Source: Pseudomonadota bacterium
GTDB taxonomy: Bacteria; Pseudomonadota; Alphaproteobacteria; Micavibrionales; CSBR16-224
Length of the DNA stretch: 64,000 nt
Assembly (NCBI GenBank): GCA_013285465.1
Contig: CP053449.1
Coordinates: 192,870-256,869 of the forward strand
Direction of reading: 5' to 3'
Shown here: positions 29,674-40,130 of the stretch, piece after piece
Numbering within the stretch: the stretch's first letter is position 1
How the letters are laid out: every line of letters starts with the position of its first letter
The notes under the pieces: generated by a model
What the model was told of the DNA's origin: nothing
Databases searched by the model: none
The model's input: only the letters and a program-made list of their open reading frames with translations
Made by a program: the position numbers and the translations under genes

Positions 29674-31050
29674 ATGGCCAAAACAGCAGCTCAATATGTT
29701 TGTCAAAATTGCGGCTCCGTCTATAACAAATGGGCGGGGAAATGTGACGGCTGCGGGGAATGGAATACGATTTCGCAGGAAACGGGTTTTTCCGATGCCG
29801 TGCCGAAAGGGCTTGGCACGAAAAAAGGCCGTGTGATTGATTTTGTGCCGCTGGCGGGCGTCAGTAGTGATGTGCCGCGCCATATCAGCGGCATTCGTGA
29901 GCTGGATCGTGTGGTCGGCGGCGGGCTGGTGCCCGGTTCTGCCGTGTTGATCGGCGGTGATCCGGGGATCGGGAAATCGACATTATTACTGCAGGCCGTT
30001 TGCCGTCTGGCGGATAAAGTGCGCTGCTGTTATGTTTCCGGTGAGGAAGCGGTTGATCAGGTGCGGATGCGTGCAGCAAGGCTCGGCCTTGCCGATAGTA
30101 AAGTGCGGCTGGCGGCGGCGACGAATGTGCGCGACATTGTCAGCTCTATGGACAAAGGCGAAATTGATCTGATCGTCATTGATTCCATCCAGACCATGTA
30201 TCTTGATAATATTGATTCCGCGCCGGGGACGGTCAGTCAGGTGCGTGCCTCATCGCAAGAGCTGATCCGCATGGCGAAAAAGAAAAACATCGTCGTGCTG
30301 CTGGTCGGCCATGTCACCAAAGACGGGCAGATTGCCGGACCGCGCGTTGTGGAACATATGGTGGATGCGGTTTTGCATTTTGAAGGTGATCGCGGCCATC
30401 CGTTCAGGATTTTGCGGGCGGTGAAAAACCGTTTTGGCCCGACGGATGAAATCGGCGTGTTTGAAATGGCGGAAGCCGGACTGGTCGAAGTTGAAAATCC
30501 ATCGGCTCTATTTTTGTCGCAACGGCAGGAGGATATTGCCGGCAGCGCGGTTTTTGCCGGCATGGAAGGCACGCGTCCCGTGCTGGTCGAAATTCAGGCG
30601 CTGGTCGCGCCCTCGCCGCTGGGGACGCCGCGCCGTGCGGTGATCGGCTGGGATTCCTCCCGTCTTGCCATGGTGCTGGCCGTGCTGGAATCGCGCTGCG
30701 GTGTACAGATCGGTATGAATGATGTTTATCTGAATGTGGCAGGCGGTTTGCGCATTAATGAACCTGCCGCTGATCTGGCGGTGGCGGCGGCATTGCTGAG
30801 TTCATTGACCGATATTGCGCTGCCCGGTGATACGGTGGTGTTCGGGGAAATCGGGCTGTCGGGCGAGATCCGCCATGTCGGGCAGATTGAACACCGTTTG
30901 AAGGAAGCGGCGAAGCTGGGCTTTACGCAAGGTTTTATTCCCAAACCGCTGCGCACAAAAAATACTGGTCAAAAGAAGCTGTCTCAAGATATAAAGGTGG
31001 TGGAACTGGAGAAACTTTCGGATTTGATGCCGTTTTTCGCCATTGATTAG
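29674..31050 (+). CDS. radA: DNA repair protein RadA/Sms
   Basis: Zinc finger CQNCG...CDGCGEW, Walker A GGDPGIGKSTLLLQ, KNRFGPTDEIGVFEM, and a Lon-like C-terminal domain. Confidence 0.96.
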   Translation: MAKTAAQYVCQNCGSVYNKWAGKCDGCGEWNTISQETGFSDAVPKGLGTKKGRVIDFVPLAGVSSDVPRHISGIRELDRVVGGGLVPGSAVLIGGDPGIGKSTLLLQAVCRLADKVRCCYVSGEEAVDQVRMRAARLGLADSKVRLAAATNVRDIVSSMDKGEIDLIVIDSIQTMYLDNIDSAPGTVSQVRASSQELIRMAKKKNIVVLLVGHVTKDGQIAGPRVVEHMVDAVLHFEGDRGHPFRILRAVKNRFGPTDEIGVFEMAEAGLVEVENPSALFLSQRQEDIAGSAVFAGMEGTRPVLVEIQALVAPSPLGTPRRAVIGWDSSRLAMVLAVLESRCGVQIGMNDVYLNVAGGLRINEPAADLAVAAALLSSLTDIALPGDTVVFGEIGLSGEIRHVGQIEHRLKEAAKLGFTQGFIPKPLRTKNTGQKKLSQDIKVVELEKLSDLMPFFAID

Positions 31051-31074
31051 ATTTATTGACACCAAGAGGGTCTG

Positions 31075-31887
31075 ATGACAGCCATTATTTTCGACATCGT
31101 CGTCGGTGTGATCGTTTTGATTTCCACGTTGATTGCGACTTTGCGCGGTTTTGTGCGCGAGGTGCTGACGATTCTGGGTCTGATCGGTGCGACTGCCGTG
31201 ACATGGATTTTCGGCGGCGTGATGTCGGGTTTTTATACCGGACATATGACGCGCTGGGCCGAGGGGCGGCTGGAAGAGATTCCGGAGGGCGGCGTGACGC
31301 ATATGCCGTTATTCAGCGGGCGGCTGGAACTGCCGATTGATTTTTTCTCGCAGGTTGCCTCCTATAGCACGGTTTTTTTCCTGAGTTTTTCTATTGTCGC
31401 GGCAATCAATTTCTATGTTGCAGGGTTGGTACAGGAATCGAAACTCAGTATTGTTGACCGCTCGCTGGGCGCGGCTTTTGGTCTGGCGCGCGGTGTGTTG
31501 CTGGCGACATTGCTGTATATTCCGATTGCGCTGTTTGTCGCAGATGAAGAGGAAAAGCCGGTCTGGATTGCCGAGGCGCAGACCGCGCCGCTGCTGCAAT
31601 ACGGGGTCGATATTATCCAGACGCATTTTATGCCTGAAAAAGATGAAGATGAGAAAGACGGCAAAAGCCGCGATAAAACCGCGAATGCGGCTGAAAAAAT
31701 CATCTCGAATATGAAAGATGCCGCGCTGGAAGCAGGCGGCGGCGTGAATACCGATGATATTCTGTTTGGTGCAGGCGGTAAAAAAGATAAAAACACGCCC
31801 AAAGATGACGGTTATGACGGTGATGACCGCGGAGAACTGGACCAGCTGATTGAACAAGAGCTGGATCAAGGCGGCATGAACCCATGA
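31075..31887 (+). CDS. cvpA: CvpA-family membrane protein with an acidic C-terminal tail
   Basis: N-terminus IFDIVVGVIVLISTLIATLRGFVREVLTILGLIG plus further TM segments. Sits after radA, as is usual. Confidence 0.7.
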   Translation: MTAIIFDIVVGVIVLISTLIATLRGFVREVLTILGLIGATAVTWIFGGVMSGFYTGHMTRWAEGRLEEIPEGGVTHMPLFSGRLELPIDFFSQVASYSTVFFLSFSIVAAINFYVAGLVQESKLSIVDRSLGAAFGLARGVLLATLLYIPIALFVADEEEKPVWIAEAQTAPLLQYGVDIIQTHFMPEKDEDEKDGKSRDKTANAAEKIISNMKDAALEAGGGVNTDDILFGAGGKKDKNTPKDDGYDGDDRGELDQLIEQELDQGGMNP

Positions 31888-32867
31888 GTATTGCCAATCC
31901 CTTTTTGCATGATCCCGACCAGCGCGGCGAGCAGGAGCGCGGCAATAAGCTGAAACGCCTTGCCGCCGTTGCCAGTGTGACAATGGCGATCACGCTGATT
32001 GTTACCAAGCTGGTGGCCTATATGTGGACGGGCTCTGTCAGTCTTTTGTCATCGCTGATGGATTCAACGCTGGATTCGCTGGCTTCGATTGTGACATTTA
32101 TCAGCATCAAACGTGCGATGGAACCTGCCGATAAGGCGCACCGCTATGGTCACGGCAAGCTGGAGGCGATTTCCGCCATGGCGCAGGCGGCCTTTATCGT
32201 CGGCAGTGCCGTTTTTCTGTTTTACGAAGCATTGCAGCGGATTGTTAACCCGCATGTTATTGAAAAAGTGTCGCTGGGTTATGCGGTGATGCTGCTGTCG
32301 ATTGTTTTGACGCTGGCACTGGTGATGTTTCAGAAATATGTGATTAACAAAACCGGCTCTGTCGCCATTGAGGGCGACCATATCCATTATAAGGGTGACC
32401 TTTTGATGAATGCCGGTGTGGTTTTGGCGATGTTTCTGGCCAGTAAGACGGGCTGGCTTTATTTTGACCCGCTTTTTGCGCTGGCGATTTCCGTTATTTT
32501 ATTGAAATCGGCGAAAGAGGTCGGCACGCAGGCATATGATATTCTGATGGATCGCGAATTGCCGGATGAAGAACGCGCGAAAATCAGTGAAATTGTGATG
32601 AAGCACCCGCATGCGAAATCCGTGCATGATCTGCGTACACGCAGTACCGGGCAGCAGATTTTTATTGAACTGCATCTGGAGCTGGACGGAAAAATGACGC
32701 TGGATATGGCGCATCACGTGACCGAAGAGATCGAGATCATGGTCTATGCCGCTTTTCCGAATGCGGAGCTGATTATCCATCAGGAACCGGCCGGAATTGC
32801 CGATGACCGTCTTGATACCCGCGTGGAAGATGCCACGGCAGCGGAAGAGGCCTCCAGACAGGGTTAG
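31884..32867 (+). CDS. cation diffusion facilitator family transporter
   Basis: Six TM segments, SLLSSLMDSTLDSLAS in TM2, HYKGDLLMN in TM5, and a cytoplasmic C-terminal domain. ATGA overlap with cvpA. Confidence 0.85.
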   Translation: MSIANPFLHDPDQRGEQERGNKLKRLAAVASVTMAITLIVTKLVAYMWTGSVSLLSSLMDSTLDSLASIVTFISIKRAMEPADKAHRYGHGKLEAISAMAQAAFIVGSAVFLFYEALQRIVNPHVIEKVSLGYAVMLLSIVLTLALVMFQKYVINKTGSVAIEGDHIHYKGDLLMNAGVVLAMFLASKTGWLYFDPLFALAISVILLKSAKEVGTQAYDILMDRELPDEERAKISEIVMKHPHAKSVHDLRTRSTGQQIFIELHLELDGKMTLDMAHHVTEEIEIMVYAAFPNAELIIHQEPAGIADDRLDTRVEDATAAEEASRQG

Positions 32868-32873
32868 GCTTTT

Positions 32874-33491
32874 TTACGCGCCAAATCCCTGTTTTTTTGT
32901 CTTCAGATAGGCTTTGCCGGTAATGTCGCGCTTGCAATGCTGCGGATAGGACGGGTCTTTCAGGAAATTTTTCAGAACGGATTCATATAAATTCGTCGCC
33001 TCGTCACGGGTCTTGACGCCGTTTTCCGTCAGATGATGCGGAACAGTACCGGTCTGCTGCAGGATGAAGTAATCCTGTACGATCGAAGCCTGTTGTTCCA
33101 TGCCGTAATTGACAAGGTCTTTGCCGTCTTCCAAGACATAATCATAGGCGGCGTTATAGTTGAATTTATGCTTCATGCTTTCTTTCGTCGCCTCGACAAT
33201 CGGGTTCAGCACGTTATTCTTGAACTGCCAGACATGCACCATTTCATGCAGGAAGGTGCTGCGCATGGACAGTGAAACATCCTGCGCGGTGTAATCCTCC
33301 TTATAAAGATCCTGCGGCATATAAAGATGCCCGTTCGGTGCCATCGCCGTATGGTCGGACTGCAACCCGCCCGGCAGATAGGGACGGTTGTGGATTTTGA
33401 CATTCTCATAATCGATCGTGTCTTCGAAATAGGTTTTCAAGAAGGCGATCTCCCGGTCATTCAAATGCCGGTAGTCTTGTTTTTCAGACAT
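32874..33491 (-). CDS. HExxH-motif protein (putative zinc-peptidase-like)
   Basis: STFLHEMVHVWQF is the only recognisable motif. I prefer the Met at complement 33491 (MSEKQDY), which has AGGAG 9 nt upstream, to the track start 33551. Confidence 0.5.
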   Translation of the reverse strand: MSEKQDYRHLNDREIAFLKTYFEDTIDYENVKIHNRPYLPGGLQSDHTAMAPNGHLYMPQDLYKEDYTAQDVSLSMRSTFLHEMVHVWQFKNNVLNPIVEATKESMKHKFNYNAAYDYVLEDGKDLVNYGMEQQASIVQDYFILQQTGTVPHHLTENGVKTRDEATNLYESVLKNFLKDPSYPQHCKRDITGKAYLKTKKQGFGA

Positions 33492-33571
33492 GTTTTCGTT
33501 GCTCCTGTAGCCTTTGCGGGGATATAATGCCCCTTGAAAATCATAGAGCATGATAGGGGGGAAAATCTGTC

Positions 33572-34831
33572 ATGGCAATAAAAAGTAAAAAACATATGAA
33601 AACAGAAGTGCTGGTCGCCGGCGGCGGTCCGTCCGGTTTGACGATGGCGTTGTTGTTGGCAAATGCCGGTCTGAATGTGATCTGTGTGGATCAGGCGCAG
33701 AAATCCGAACAGCTGAAAGAAAGCTTTGACGGGCGCACAACGGCGATTTCCGCGGCGTCGAAAAATGTGCTGGCGGCAGCCGGTATATGGGATGCACTGG
33801 AAAAAGATGCTTGTCCCATTCTGGATATTCGTGTTGCCGATAGTGATTCTCCGCATTTTCTGCATTTTGCCAGCGATGAGAGTGATAAAGGGGCTTTTGG
33901 CTGGATTCTTGAAAACCGTGTTTTACGCAAGGCTCTGTTTGAGGCGGCGGAAACATCACCGCTGACGCATTTGCAGCCCGCAAAGATAGAGGAATTTGCT
34001 TATGCCGATGACGGTAAAGCGGTGACGGCAACACTGTCCACGGGGCAAGTGATTGAAGCGCAGCTGCTGATCGGCGCGGATGGGCGCAAATCCGCCGCGC
34101 GGGACTGGGCGGGAATCGGTACGGTTGGCTGGAGCTATAAGCAGGAAGCGATTGTCTGCTGTGCACAGCACGAGCTGGACCATGAAAATGTTGCTGTTGA
34201 ACATTTTATGCCATCGGGTCCGTTTGCAATTTTGCCGATGATGGATACGGAGACAGGCAAGCATTGCTCTTCCATCGTCTGGACGGAGCATGGCGGTGAT
34301 GCAAAGCGCTATCTTGAGATGAGTAAAAAAGACTTTGATGCGGCCTTGCAGGAGCATTTCGGCGACCAGCTCGGTAAAGTGAAGCATCTGGGAACACCGA
34401 TGGTTTATCCGTTGTCGCTGATGCATGCCAAACGCTATACCGCGCCGCGACTCGCCCTGATCGGTGAGGCCGCCCATGCGATTCACCCGATTGCGGGGCA
34501 GGGATTGAACCTGAGTATGCGCGATATTGCCCTGCTGGCGGAAATGGTGGTTGACCGCCGCCGCGTCGGGCTGGATATCGGTGCGGCAACCATGCTGAAG
34601 ACATACCAGCGGTTGCGCAAAACGGATAATCTGATGATGGCGGCGATAACGGATGGCCTTAACAGGCTGTTTTCAAACAATATTCCGCCTGTGCGTTTTT
34701 TGCGGACGCGCGGAATGTCGATGGTGAACCGTTTGCCGCCGCTCAAGCGTTTTTTTGCGGGACAGGCAATGGGCTTTGGCGGGCTGGGCGGTCGCGGCTT
34801 GCCGCGCTTGCTCAACGGAGAGTTATTGTGA
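33572..34831 (+). CDS. UbiH/UbiF/VisC/COQ6-family FAD-dependent ubiquinone hydroxylase
   Basis: VLVAGGGPSGLTMALLLA dinucleotide fold, DGRKSAAR, and LIGEAAHAIHPIAGQGLNLSMRD. Alternative start at 33596. Confidence 0.87.
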   Translation: MAIKSKKHMKTEVLVAGGGPSGLTMALLLANAGLNVICVDQAQKSEQLKESFDGRTTAISAASKNVLAAAGIWDALEKDACPILDIRVADSDSPHFLHFASDESDKGAFGWILENRVLRKALFEAAETSPLTHLQPAKIEEFAYADDGKAVTATLSTGQVIEAQLLIGADGRKSAARDWAGIGTVGWSYKQEAIVCCAQHELDHENVAVEHFMPSGPFAILPMMDTETGKHCSSIVWTEHGGDAKRYLEMSKKDFDAALQEHFGDQLGKVKHLGTPMVYPLSLMHAKRYTAPRLALIGEAAHAIHPIAGQGLNLSMRDIALLAEMVVDRRRVGLDIGAATMLKTYQRLRKTDNLMMAAITDGLNRLFSNNIPPVRFLRTRGMSMVNRLPPLKRFFAGQAMGFGGLGGRGLPRLLNGELL

Positions 34832-34965
34832 TTTTTTTGTGCTTTTTGAAAAGGATGGCTTGACGAAAGCGGACAAGGCTGGCAATCTTGTCCTCAAGTT
34901 TTCAATGGAAAGCAACCAAATACGGATTCTTTAAAAGTTCTTGTTTGAGAAGGCAGGGAATAAAA

Positions 34966-35253
34966 ATGACGAAATCAGAACTTATCCAGCGTATCGCAGA
35001 GCTCAACCCGCATTTGTATCTGCGCGATACGGAACAGATCGTGAATACGATTTTTGAGGAAATTTCCTCTGCCTTGTCACGCGGTGACCGGGTTGAATTG
35101 CGCGGCTTCGGAACCTTTTCCGTGAAACAGCGTCAGGCGCGTCAGGGCCGCAACCCGCGCACCGGCGAAAAAGTTTTTGTCGAAGAAAAGCATGTTCCGT
35201 TCTTTAAGACCGGCAAAAAACTGCATGAGCGTATGAACCCCGAAAACGCATAA
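34966..35253 (+). CDS. ihfB: integration host factor subunit beta
   Basis: [17 protein letters not shown]...[39 protein letters not shown]. The start is trimmed from the track's 34888. Confidence 0.92.
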   Translation: MTKSELIQRIAELNPHLYLRDTEQIVNTIFEEISSALSRGDRVELRGFGTFSVKQRQARQGRNPRTGEKVFVEEKHVPFFKTGKKLHERMNPENA

Positions 35254-35269
35254 AACGGGGGAACGCGCG

Positions 35270-35617
35270 ATGATGAAATATTTTTCATGGTTCATCACGA
35301 TTCCGCTGACTGTCCTGTCTTTGATGTTTTTGATCGGTAATACCGACAATGTTTCCGTTTATTACTGGATGGATACGCCGCCTTATGAGCTGCCGCTTTA
35401 TGCCGTTGGGCTTGCGATGCTGGCTGTCGGGTTTCTGGGCGGGGCATTATTTGTTTCCTTAAATTACTACGCGCTGCGCCACGAACACTGGAAAGTGAAG
35501 CGCCGTCTGGCCCGCATCGAAACGGAGCTGGAAGAAAGCAAAAAGAAGCCGGCCAAGCCCGCAGAGACAGAAAACCGGGAGATGCCGCAGAAACTGGCTT
35601 TATTGAAGCCGCGCTAA
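35270..35617 (+). CDS. LapA/DUF1049-family inner-membrane protein
   Basis: Two TM segments followed by a charged coiled C-terminus. Sits immediately after ihfB, as in many Alphaproteobacteria. Confidence 0.6.
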   Translation: MMKYFSWFITIPLTVLSLMFLIGNTDNVSVYYWMDTPPYELPLYAVGLAMLAVGFLGGALFVSLNYYALRHEHWKVKRRLARIETELEESKKKPAKPAETENREMPQKLALLKPR

Positions 35618-35718
35618 TATTTCCATTCCCCTCGTTGATTTTCCCATAAAAAAGAATTATACTGCCTGCCACAGCCGCATATTGGAATCACGGACGGTTT
35701 GAAAAGGTTATAGGCCGC

Positions 35719-36108
35719 ATGGGTGCGAAGAAATTACAGAAAAGATTATCGCTTGCGATTATCCTGTCGGAGATGGGGCATGTTTTCTGTTGCGTGCTGC
35801 CCAGCATTTTCAGTGTTCTCAGTGTTTTCGTCAGCGCGGGAGTTATCTCGGTGATGCCGCCCTTTATGGCGGTTTGGCATGAGGCCATTCATAAATGGGA
35901 AATACCGATTATTCTGTTTTCCGGCACGCTTTTGCTTTTGGGCTGGGCGCTGCATAGCTATAGCCAGAAAATCGACTGCCATGATACGGGCTGCCATCAT
36001 CCGCCCTGCACGCCGAAGAAAACAAAATCTTCAAAACTGCTGATGGTCGCCACGGCGCTGTTTGCGGTGAATGTGTTGATTTACCTGAGTATTCACGCCG
36101 GGGGTTAA
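35719..36108 (+). CDS. Cys/His-rich four-TM membrane protein (possible metal-handling; MerC-like CC motif)
   Basis: An HVFCCVLPS motif in TM1 and a loop CHDTGCHHPPC. No confident family assignment. Confidence 0.45.
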   Translation: MGAKKLQKRLSLAIILSEMGHVFCCVLPSIFSVLSVFVSAGVISVMPPFMAVWHEAIHKWEIPIILFSGTLLLLGWALHSYSQKIDCHDTGCHHPPCTPKKTKSSKLLMVATALFAVNVLIYLSIHAGG

Positions 36109-36124
36109 TCAGCTATAGGGCAAT

Positions 36125-36168
36125 AAAAAAAGCGCGGCCTCTTACATAAAAGCCGCGCTTTATTCTTT
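36125..36168. terminator. bidirectional rho-independent terminator between convergent genes
   Basis: A-run, stem AGCGCGGC / GCCGCGCT with a 13-nt loop, then a T-rich tail. It is usable from either strand. Confidence 0.7.
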
Positions 36169-36179
36169 TACGGAGGCCG

Positions 36180-36398
36180 TTATTTTGCGTTGGCGGCAAT
36201 CAGCTCGTCAATCATGCCTTTGGGCACTTCGACGACAAATTCATCATCTGCGATGCGACCGGATAGTTTCTGTTGTTCTTCCGTCGTCAGTTTCTTACCG
36301 ATAATGACGTAAGAATCATCTTCTTTCTCAAAAACCGCCGGGCAGCAGTTAGAAGTGTGGCAAAGGTAATTTTCGGGGGTAATTTCTTTCATGCTCAT
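36180..36398 (-). CDS. small hypothetical protein (72 aa) with a CHTSNCC motif
   Basis: ORF with GGAGA upstream of the ATG. No family recognised. Confidence 0.4.
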   Translation of the reverse strand: MSMKEITPENYLCHTSNCCPAVFEKEDDSYVIIGKKLTTEEQQKLSGRIADDEFVVEVPKGMIDELIAANAK

Positions 36399-36505
36399 CA
36401 GAGGTCTCCTGAAAAACTGTTACAAAGCGCGATTTTCATGTGTCGCAGATGTTTCATTCTACGAAATATACTTGAATCTTGCAAGCTGCGTGCTATGTTG
36501 CGCGC

Positions 36506-39385
36506 ATGGGCGATTATAACAGGGATATCCGCGTACGCGGGGCGCGTGAGCATAATCTGCGGAATGTCGATGTTGATATTCCGCGTGACAAGCTTGTGGT
36601 GGTGACGGGATTATCGGGCTCGGGGAAATCATCGCTGGCTTTTGACACGATTTATGCCGAAGGGCAGCGCCGCTATGTCGAGAGCCTGTCGGCATATGCG
36701 CGGCAGTTTCTGGAGATGATGCAAAAGCCGGATGTTGATTCCATTGAAGGGCTGTCGCCCGCGATTTCCATTGAACAGAAAACGACCTCGCGCAATCCGC
36801 GTTCCACCGTTGGGACGGTGACGGAAATTTATGATTATATGCGTCTGCTTTGGGCGCGGGTCGGTGTGCCGTATTCCCCTGTGACGGGCAAACCGATTAC
36901 CAGCCAGACTGTCAGCGAGATGGTTGATAAAGTCATGGAAATGGGGGACGGGGTGCGGCTGTATCTGTTGGCGCCGATTGTGCGCGGGCGTAAAGGGGAA
37001 TATAAAAAGGATTTGCAGGAGCTGCAAAAAAAGGGTTTCCAGCGCGTCAAAATTGACGGCAAAATCTATGATATTGATGATACGCCTGCGCTGGATAAGA
37101 AAATAAAACATGATATTGAAGTCGTGGTTGACCGTCTGGTCGTGCGCGAGGATATCGGGACGCGCCTGGCGGATTCGGTGGAAATTGCACTGGAGCTGTC
37201 GGACGGTTTGCTGATTGCCGAAAATGCCGATGACGGCAAGCAGACGGTTTTCTCCGCGCGTTTTGCCTGCCCTGTTTCCGGTTTTACCATCCCTGAGATT
37301 GAGCCGCGTTTGTTTTCCTTTAATAATCCGCATGGTGCCTGCCCCGATTGTGACGGTTTGGGCAACAAGATGCGGTTTGACCCTGAGCTGGTGGTGACGG
37401 ATGAAGATTTGCCGCTGAATAAGGGCGCGATTTCGGCATGGTCATCGCCTTACTATCAACAGGCGTTGCAAAGCCTGTGCGACCATTACGGTGTGAAGAT
37501 GAAAACGCCGTGGAAGGATTTGCCGGAACATGTGCGTGATGCCGTGTTATACGGATCGGGTGAGGAAGAGATCGCCATGATCTATGAAGGCGACCGCATC
37601 CGCCGCTATGAGGTTGTGCAGCCTTTTGAAGGTATTATTCCGAATTTGCGCCGCCGTTATTACGAAACCGACAGTCCGCGTATGCGGGAGGAACTGTCCC
37701 GTTATCAGTCCAGCCAGATTTGCGGCACCTGTGAAGGTTTCCGTTTAAAGCCTGAAGCGCTGGCAGTGAAAATTGACGGCAGACATGTCGGTGAAGTCTC
37801 GCTGCTGTCCATCGGCGAGGCGGTGAAATGGTTTGACCATGTACCGGAAACATTGTCGGAAAAGGATAATAATATCGCCGGACGGATTTTGAAGGAAATT
37901 CATGAGCGGCTGCATTTCCTGAATAATGTCGGGCTGGATTATTTAAGCCTGTCGCGGATGTCGGGGACGTTGTCGGGCGGGGAAAGTCAGCGTATCCGCC
38001 TTGCCTCGCAAATCGGTTCAGGCTTGACGGGGGTGCTTTATGTGCTGGACGAGCCGTCCATCGGGTTGCACCAGCGTGATAATAACCGTCTTTTGGAAAC
38101 GCTGAAACGGTTGCGCGATATGGGTAATACGGTGCTGGTTGTCGAACATGACGAAGATGCCATCCGTACCGCCGATTATCTGATTGATATGGGCCCGGGT
38201 GCGGGTATTCACGGCGGCGAGATTGTCGCGCTTGGCACGCCGGATGAGGTGATTGCCGCGGGAAAAGGTGTGACGGCTGAATATCTGAACGGCAAGCGTG
38301 AGATTTCTGTGCCGAAAACGCGCCGTCCGGGAAAACAGCTGGTCTTATCAGGCGGAAAGAAGCGCGGCGAATTTTTGCAGCTGATCGGGGCAACACATAA
38401 TAATCTGAAAGATGTGGATGTAAAAATTCCGCTGGGCACGATGACCTGCGTGACGGGTGTATCGGGCGGCGGGAAGTCATCGCTGATTATTGACACGCTT
38501 TATGCGGCGGCGGCGCGGCAATTGATGAAGGCACGGCAGACACCGGGTGAGTATCGTGAAATCCGCGGGCTGGAATATCTGGATAAGGTCATTGATATTG
38601 ACCAATCGCCGATCGGGCGGACGCCGCGCTCGAACCCCGCGACTTATACCGGTGCCTTTACGCCGATCCGTGAATGGTTTGCCGGACTGCCTGAGGCGAA
38701 GGCGCGCGGCTACGGGCCGGGGCGTTTCTCTTTTAATGTGAAGGGCGGGCGTTGTGAAACCTGTCAGGGTGACGGCGTCATCCGTATTGAGATGCATTTC
38801 CTGCCTGATGTGCATGTGACCTGTGACAGCTGTAAAGGTAAACGCTATAACCGCGAAACGCTGGAGATTAAATATCGCGGCAAATCCATTTCCGATGTGC
38901 TGGATATGACGGTTGAGGAAGGGCTGGATTTCTTTAAAGCCGTACCTGCGATTAAAAACCGTATGCAGACCTTGTTTGAAGTCGGGCTTGGTTACATCCA
39001 TATCGGGCAGCGGGCAACGACTTTGTCGGGCGGGGAGGCGCAGCGTGTGAAGCTGGCGAAGGAATTGTCGAAACGCTCGACAGGCAGAACGCTTTATATT
39101 CTGGATGAGCCGACAACAGGGCTGCATTTCGAAGATGTGCGCAAATTGCTGGAAGTGCTGCACCGCCTTGTCGATCAGGGGAATACGGTTGTGGTGATCG
39201 AGCATAATCTGGATGTGATCAAAACTGCTGACTGGCTGGTCGATATCGGGCCTGAAGGCGGCGACAAGGGCGGGCAGGTGATTGCCGAAGCCACCCCCGA
39301 AGGACTTGTGAAAGTGGCGGAGAGTTATACGGGGCAGTATTTGAAGCCGCTTTTGGCGCAAGTGAAAACGAAGAAATCAGCTTAA
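36506..39385 (+). CDS. uvrA: excinuclease ABC subunit A
   Basis: [50 protein letters not shown], two ABC modules ([12 protein letters not shown] and [12 protein letters not shown]), and zinc-finger cysteines. ATG 36506 preferred to 36479. Confidence 0.97.
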   Translation: MGDYNRDIRVRGAREHNLRNVDVDIPRDKLVVVTGLSGSGKSSLAFDTIYAEGQRRYVESLSAYARQFLEMMQKPDVDSIEGLSPAISIEQKTTSRNPRSTVGTVTEIYDYMRLLWARVGVPYSPVTGKPITSQTVSEMVDKVMEMGDGVRLYLLAPIVRGRKGEYKKDLQELQKKGFQRVKIDGKIYDIDDTPALDKKIKHDIEVVVDRLVVREDIGTRLADSVEIALELSDGLLIAENADDGKQTVFSARFACPVSGFTIPEIEPRLFSFNNPHGACPDCDGLGNKMRFDPELVVTDEDLPLNKGAISAWSSPYYQQALQSLCDHYGVKMKTPWKDLPEHVRDAVLYGSGEEEIAMIYEGDRIRRYEVVQPFEGIIPNLRRRYYETDSPRMREELSRYQSSQICGTCEGFRLKPEALAVKIDGRHVGEVSLLSIGEAVKWFDHVPETLSEKDNNIAGRILKEIHERLHFLNNVGLDYLSLSRMSGTLSGGESQRIRLASQIGSGLTGVLYVLDEPSIGLHQRDNNRLLETLKRLRDMGNTVLVVEHDEDAIRTADYLIDMGPGAGIHGGEIVALGTPDEVIAAGKGVTAEYLNGKREISVPKTRRPGKQLVLSGGKKRGEFLQLIGATHNNLKDVDVKIPLGTMTCVTGVSGGGKSSLIIDTLYAAAARQLMKARQTPGEYREIRGLEYLDKVIDIDQSPIGRTPRSNPATYTGAFTPIREWFAGLPEAKARGYGPGRFSFNVKGGRCETCQGDGVIRIEMHFLPDVHVTCDSCKGKRYNRETLEIKYRGKSISDVLDMTVEEGLDFFKAVPAIKNRMQTLFEVGLGYIHIGQRATTLSGGEAQRVKLAKELSKRSTGRTLYILDEPTTGLHFEDVRKLLEVLHRLVDQGNTVVVIEHNLDVIKTADWLVDIGPEGGDKGGQVIAEATPEGLVKVAESYTGQYLKPLLAQVKTKKSA

Positions 39386-39440
39386 ATTTACATTTTGTAA
39401 ATTTTATATTGACATTTCGGGAATATTTCTGTAGTGTAAT
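39385..39440 (+). promoter_or_regulatory. island promoter module copy A: inverted repeat, UP-like A/T tract, -35 and -10
   Basis: Inverted repeat AATTTACA-TTT-TGTAAATT (39385-39403), TTGACA (39409-39414), a 17-nt spacer containing CGGGAA, then TAGTGT (39432-39437). The core is nearly identical to 41816-41846. Confidence 0.6.
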
Positions 39441-39477
39441 CCTTATCATCCCGAAAAATTATCTGACAAGACAAATC

Positions 39478-39735
39478 ATGACACAGGACAATATGGGCGA
39501 AAATGCCGGTATCCGAGAACGTATCAATGTTCTCGCCATTATTCGCGCGCTGGAAGACCATATTCTGAACGGTACGGAAATGAGTGCGACGCAGATTAAG
39601 GCGGCGCTGGTACTGCTGAAGAAAGCCGTGCCTGATATCACGGCGGCGGCGGAAGCCAAGAACCGCGAGATCAGCAAAGAAGAAATGCTGAAAATTCTGA
39701 AAAAACACGAAGACGCTTTGCAAGAGCTGGAATAA
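39478..39735 (+). CDS. small phage protein in the small-terminase (g1) position; function not established
   Basis: 85 aa (or 79 aa from MGENAG at 39496, which has AGGA upstream). Helical and charged (RINVLAIIRALEDHILNGTEMSATQIKAALVLLKKAVPDI). First gene of the island. Confidence 0.35.
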   Translation: MTQDNMGENAGIRERINVLAIIRALEDHILNGTEMSATQIKAALVLLKKAVPDITAAAEAKNREISKEEMLKILKKHEDALQELE

Positions 39736-39749
39736 GGAGATATCCGAAA

Positions 39750-40130
39750 ATGAGTGACATGACGGCACCGCGCATTACGGCGCGGGGAGAGATTGCGTTC
39801 GCTTTCGCGGGTGCGGAACATCTGTTTAAACCGACGCTGGCGAATATTGCCGCGCTGGAGGAGAAACACGGCAGCCTGTGGCTGCTGGTCGAGAAGATCG
39901 AGAAGAATGCGTTGCCGCTTTCCGCTTTGGCCGCGTCTTTTGCCGCGCTGCTGCCGCAGATGACGGAAGAGGAGATCGGTGCGGAAATTCTGCAGAAAGG
40001 CGCAGCGCATTATCTGCTGTTGCTGCTGCAAATCTGTGCGCCTTTGCTGACGGGATTGTCGGCAATCGGCGCGGCGCGGGAAGAGGATGTTCCGGCGGGG
40101 GAGGACAGCCCCCGGTGCGCCGGACTGTGA
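39750..40130 (+). CDS. tail assembly chaperone, RcGTA g10-like (paralogue 1)
   Basis: GEIAFAFAGAEHLFKPTLANIAALEEKHGSLWLLVEKIEKNALPLSALAASFAALL follows the pattern I recall for 'gene transfer agent family protein' (GEV..V.G....LRLTLGALAELE...G..SL..L..R...G..SA.DL.ALL.AGL). Confidence 0.55.
   Translation: MSDMTAPRITARGEIAFAFAGAEHLFKPTLANIAALEEKHGSLWLLVEKIEKNALPLSALAASFAALLPQMTEEEIGAEILQKGAAHYLLLLLQICAPLLTGLSAIGAAREEDVPAGEDSPRCAGL

Noticed and set aside
39382-39400. CtrA box (TTAA-N7-TTAA) upstream of the first island gene, as expected for GTA regulation
   Set aside because: The sequence is TTAA-ATTTACA-TTTT, so the second half-site does not match. I found no full box in either promoter copy.
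40090-40130. Programmed -1 frameshift joining the two chaperone ORFs, as in lambda G/GT
   Set aside because: The second ORF is in the -1 frame, but I found no X XXY YYZ slippery heptamer near the end of the first ORF (only G GGG GAG and C CCC CGG). A GTG overlapping the stop codon (GTGA) gives a simpler coupled restart. The frameshift is not excluded, just unsupported.
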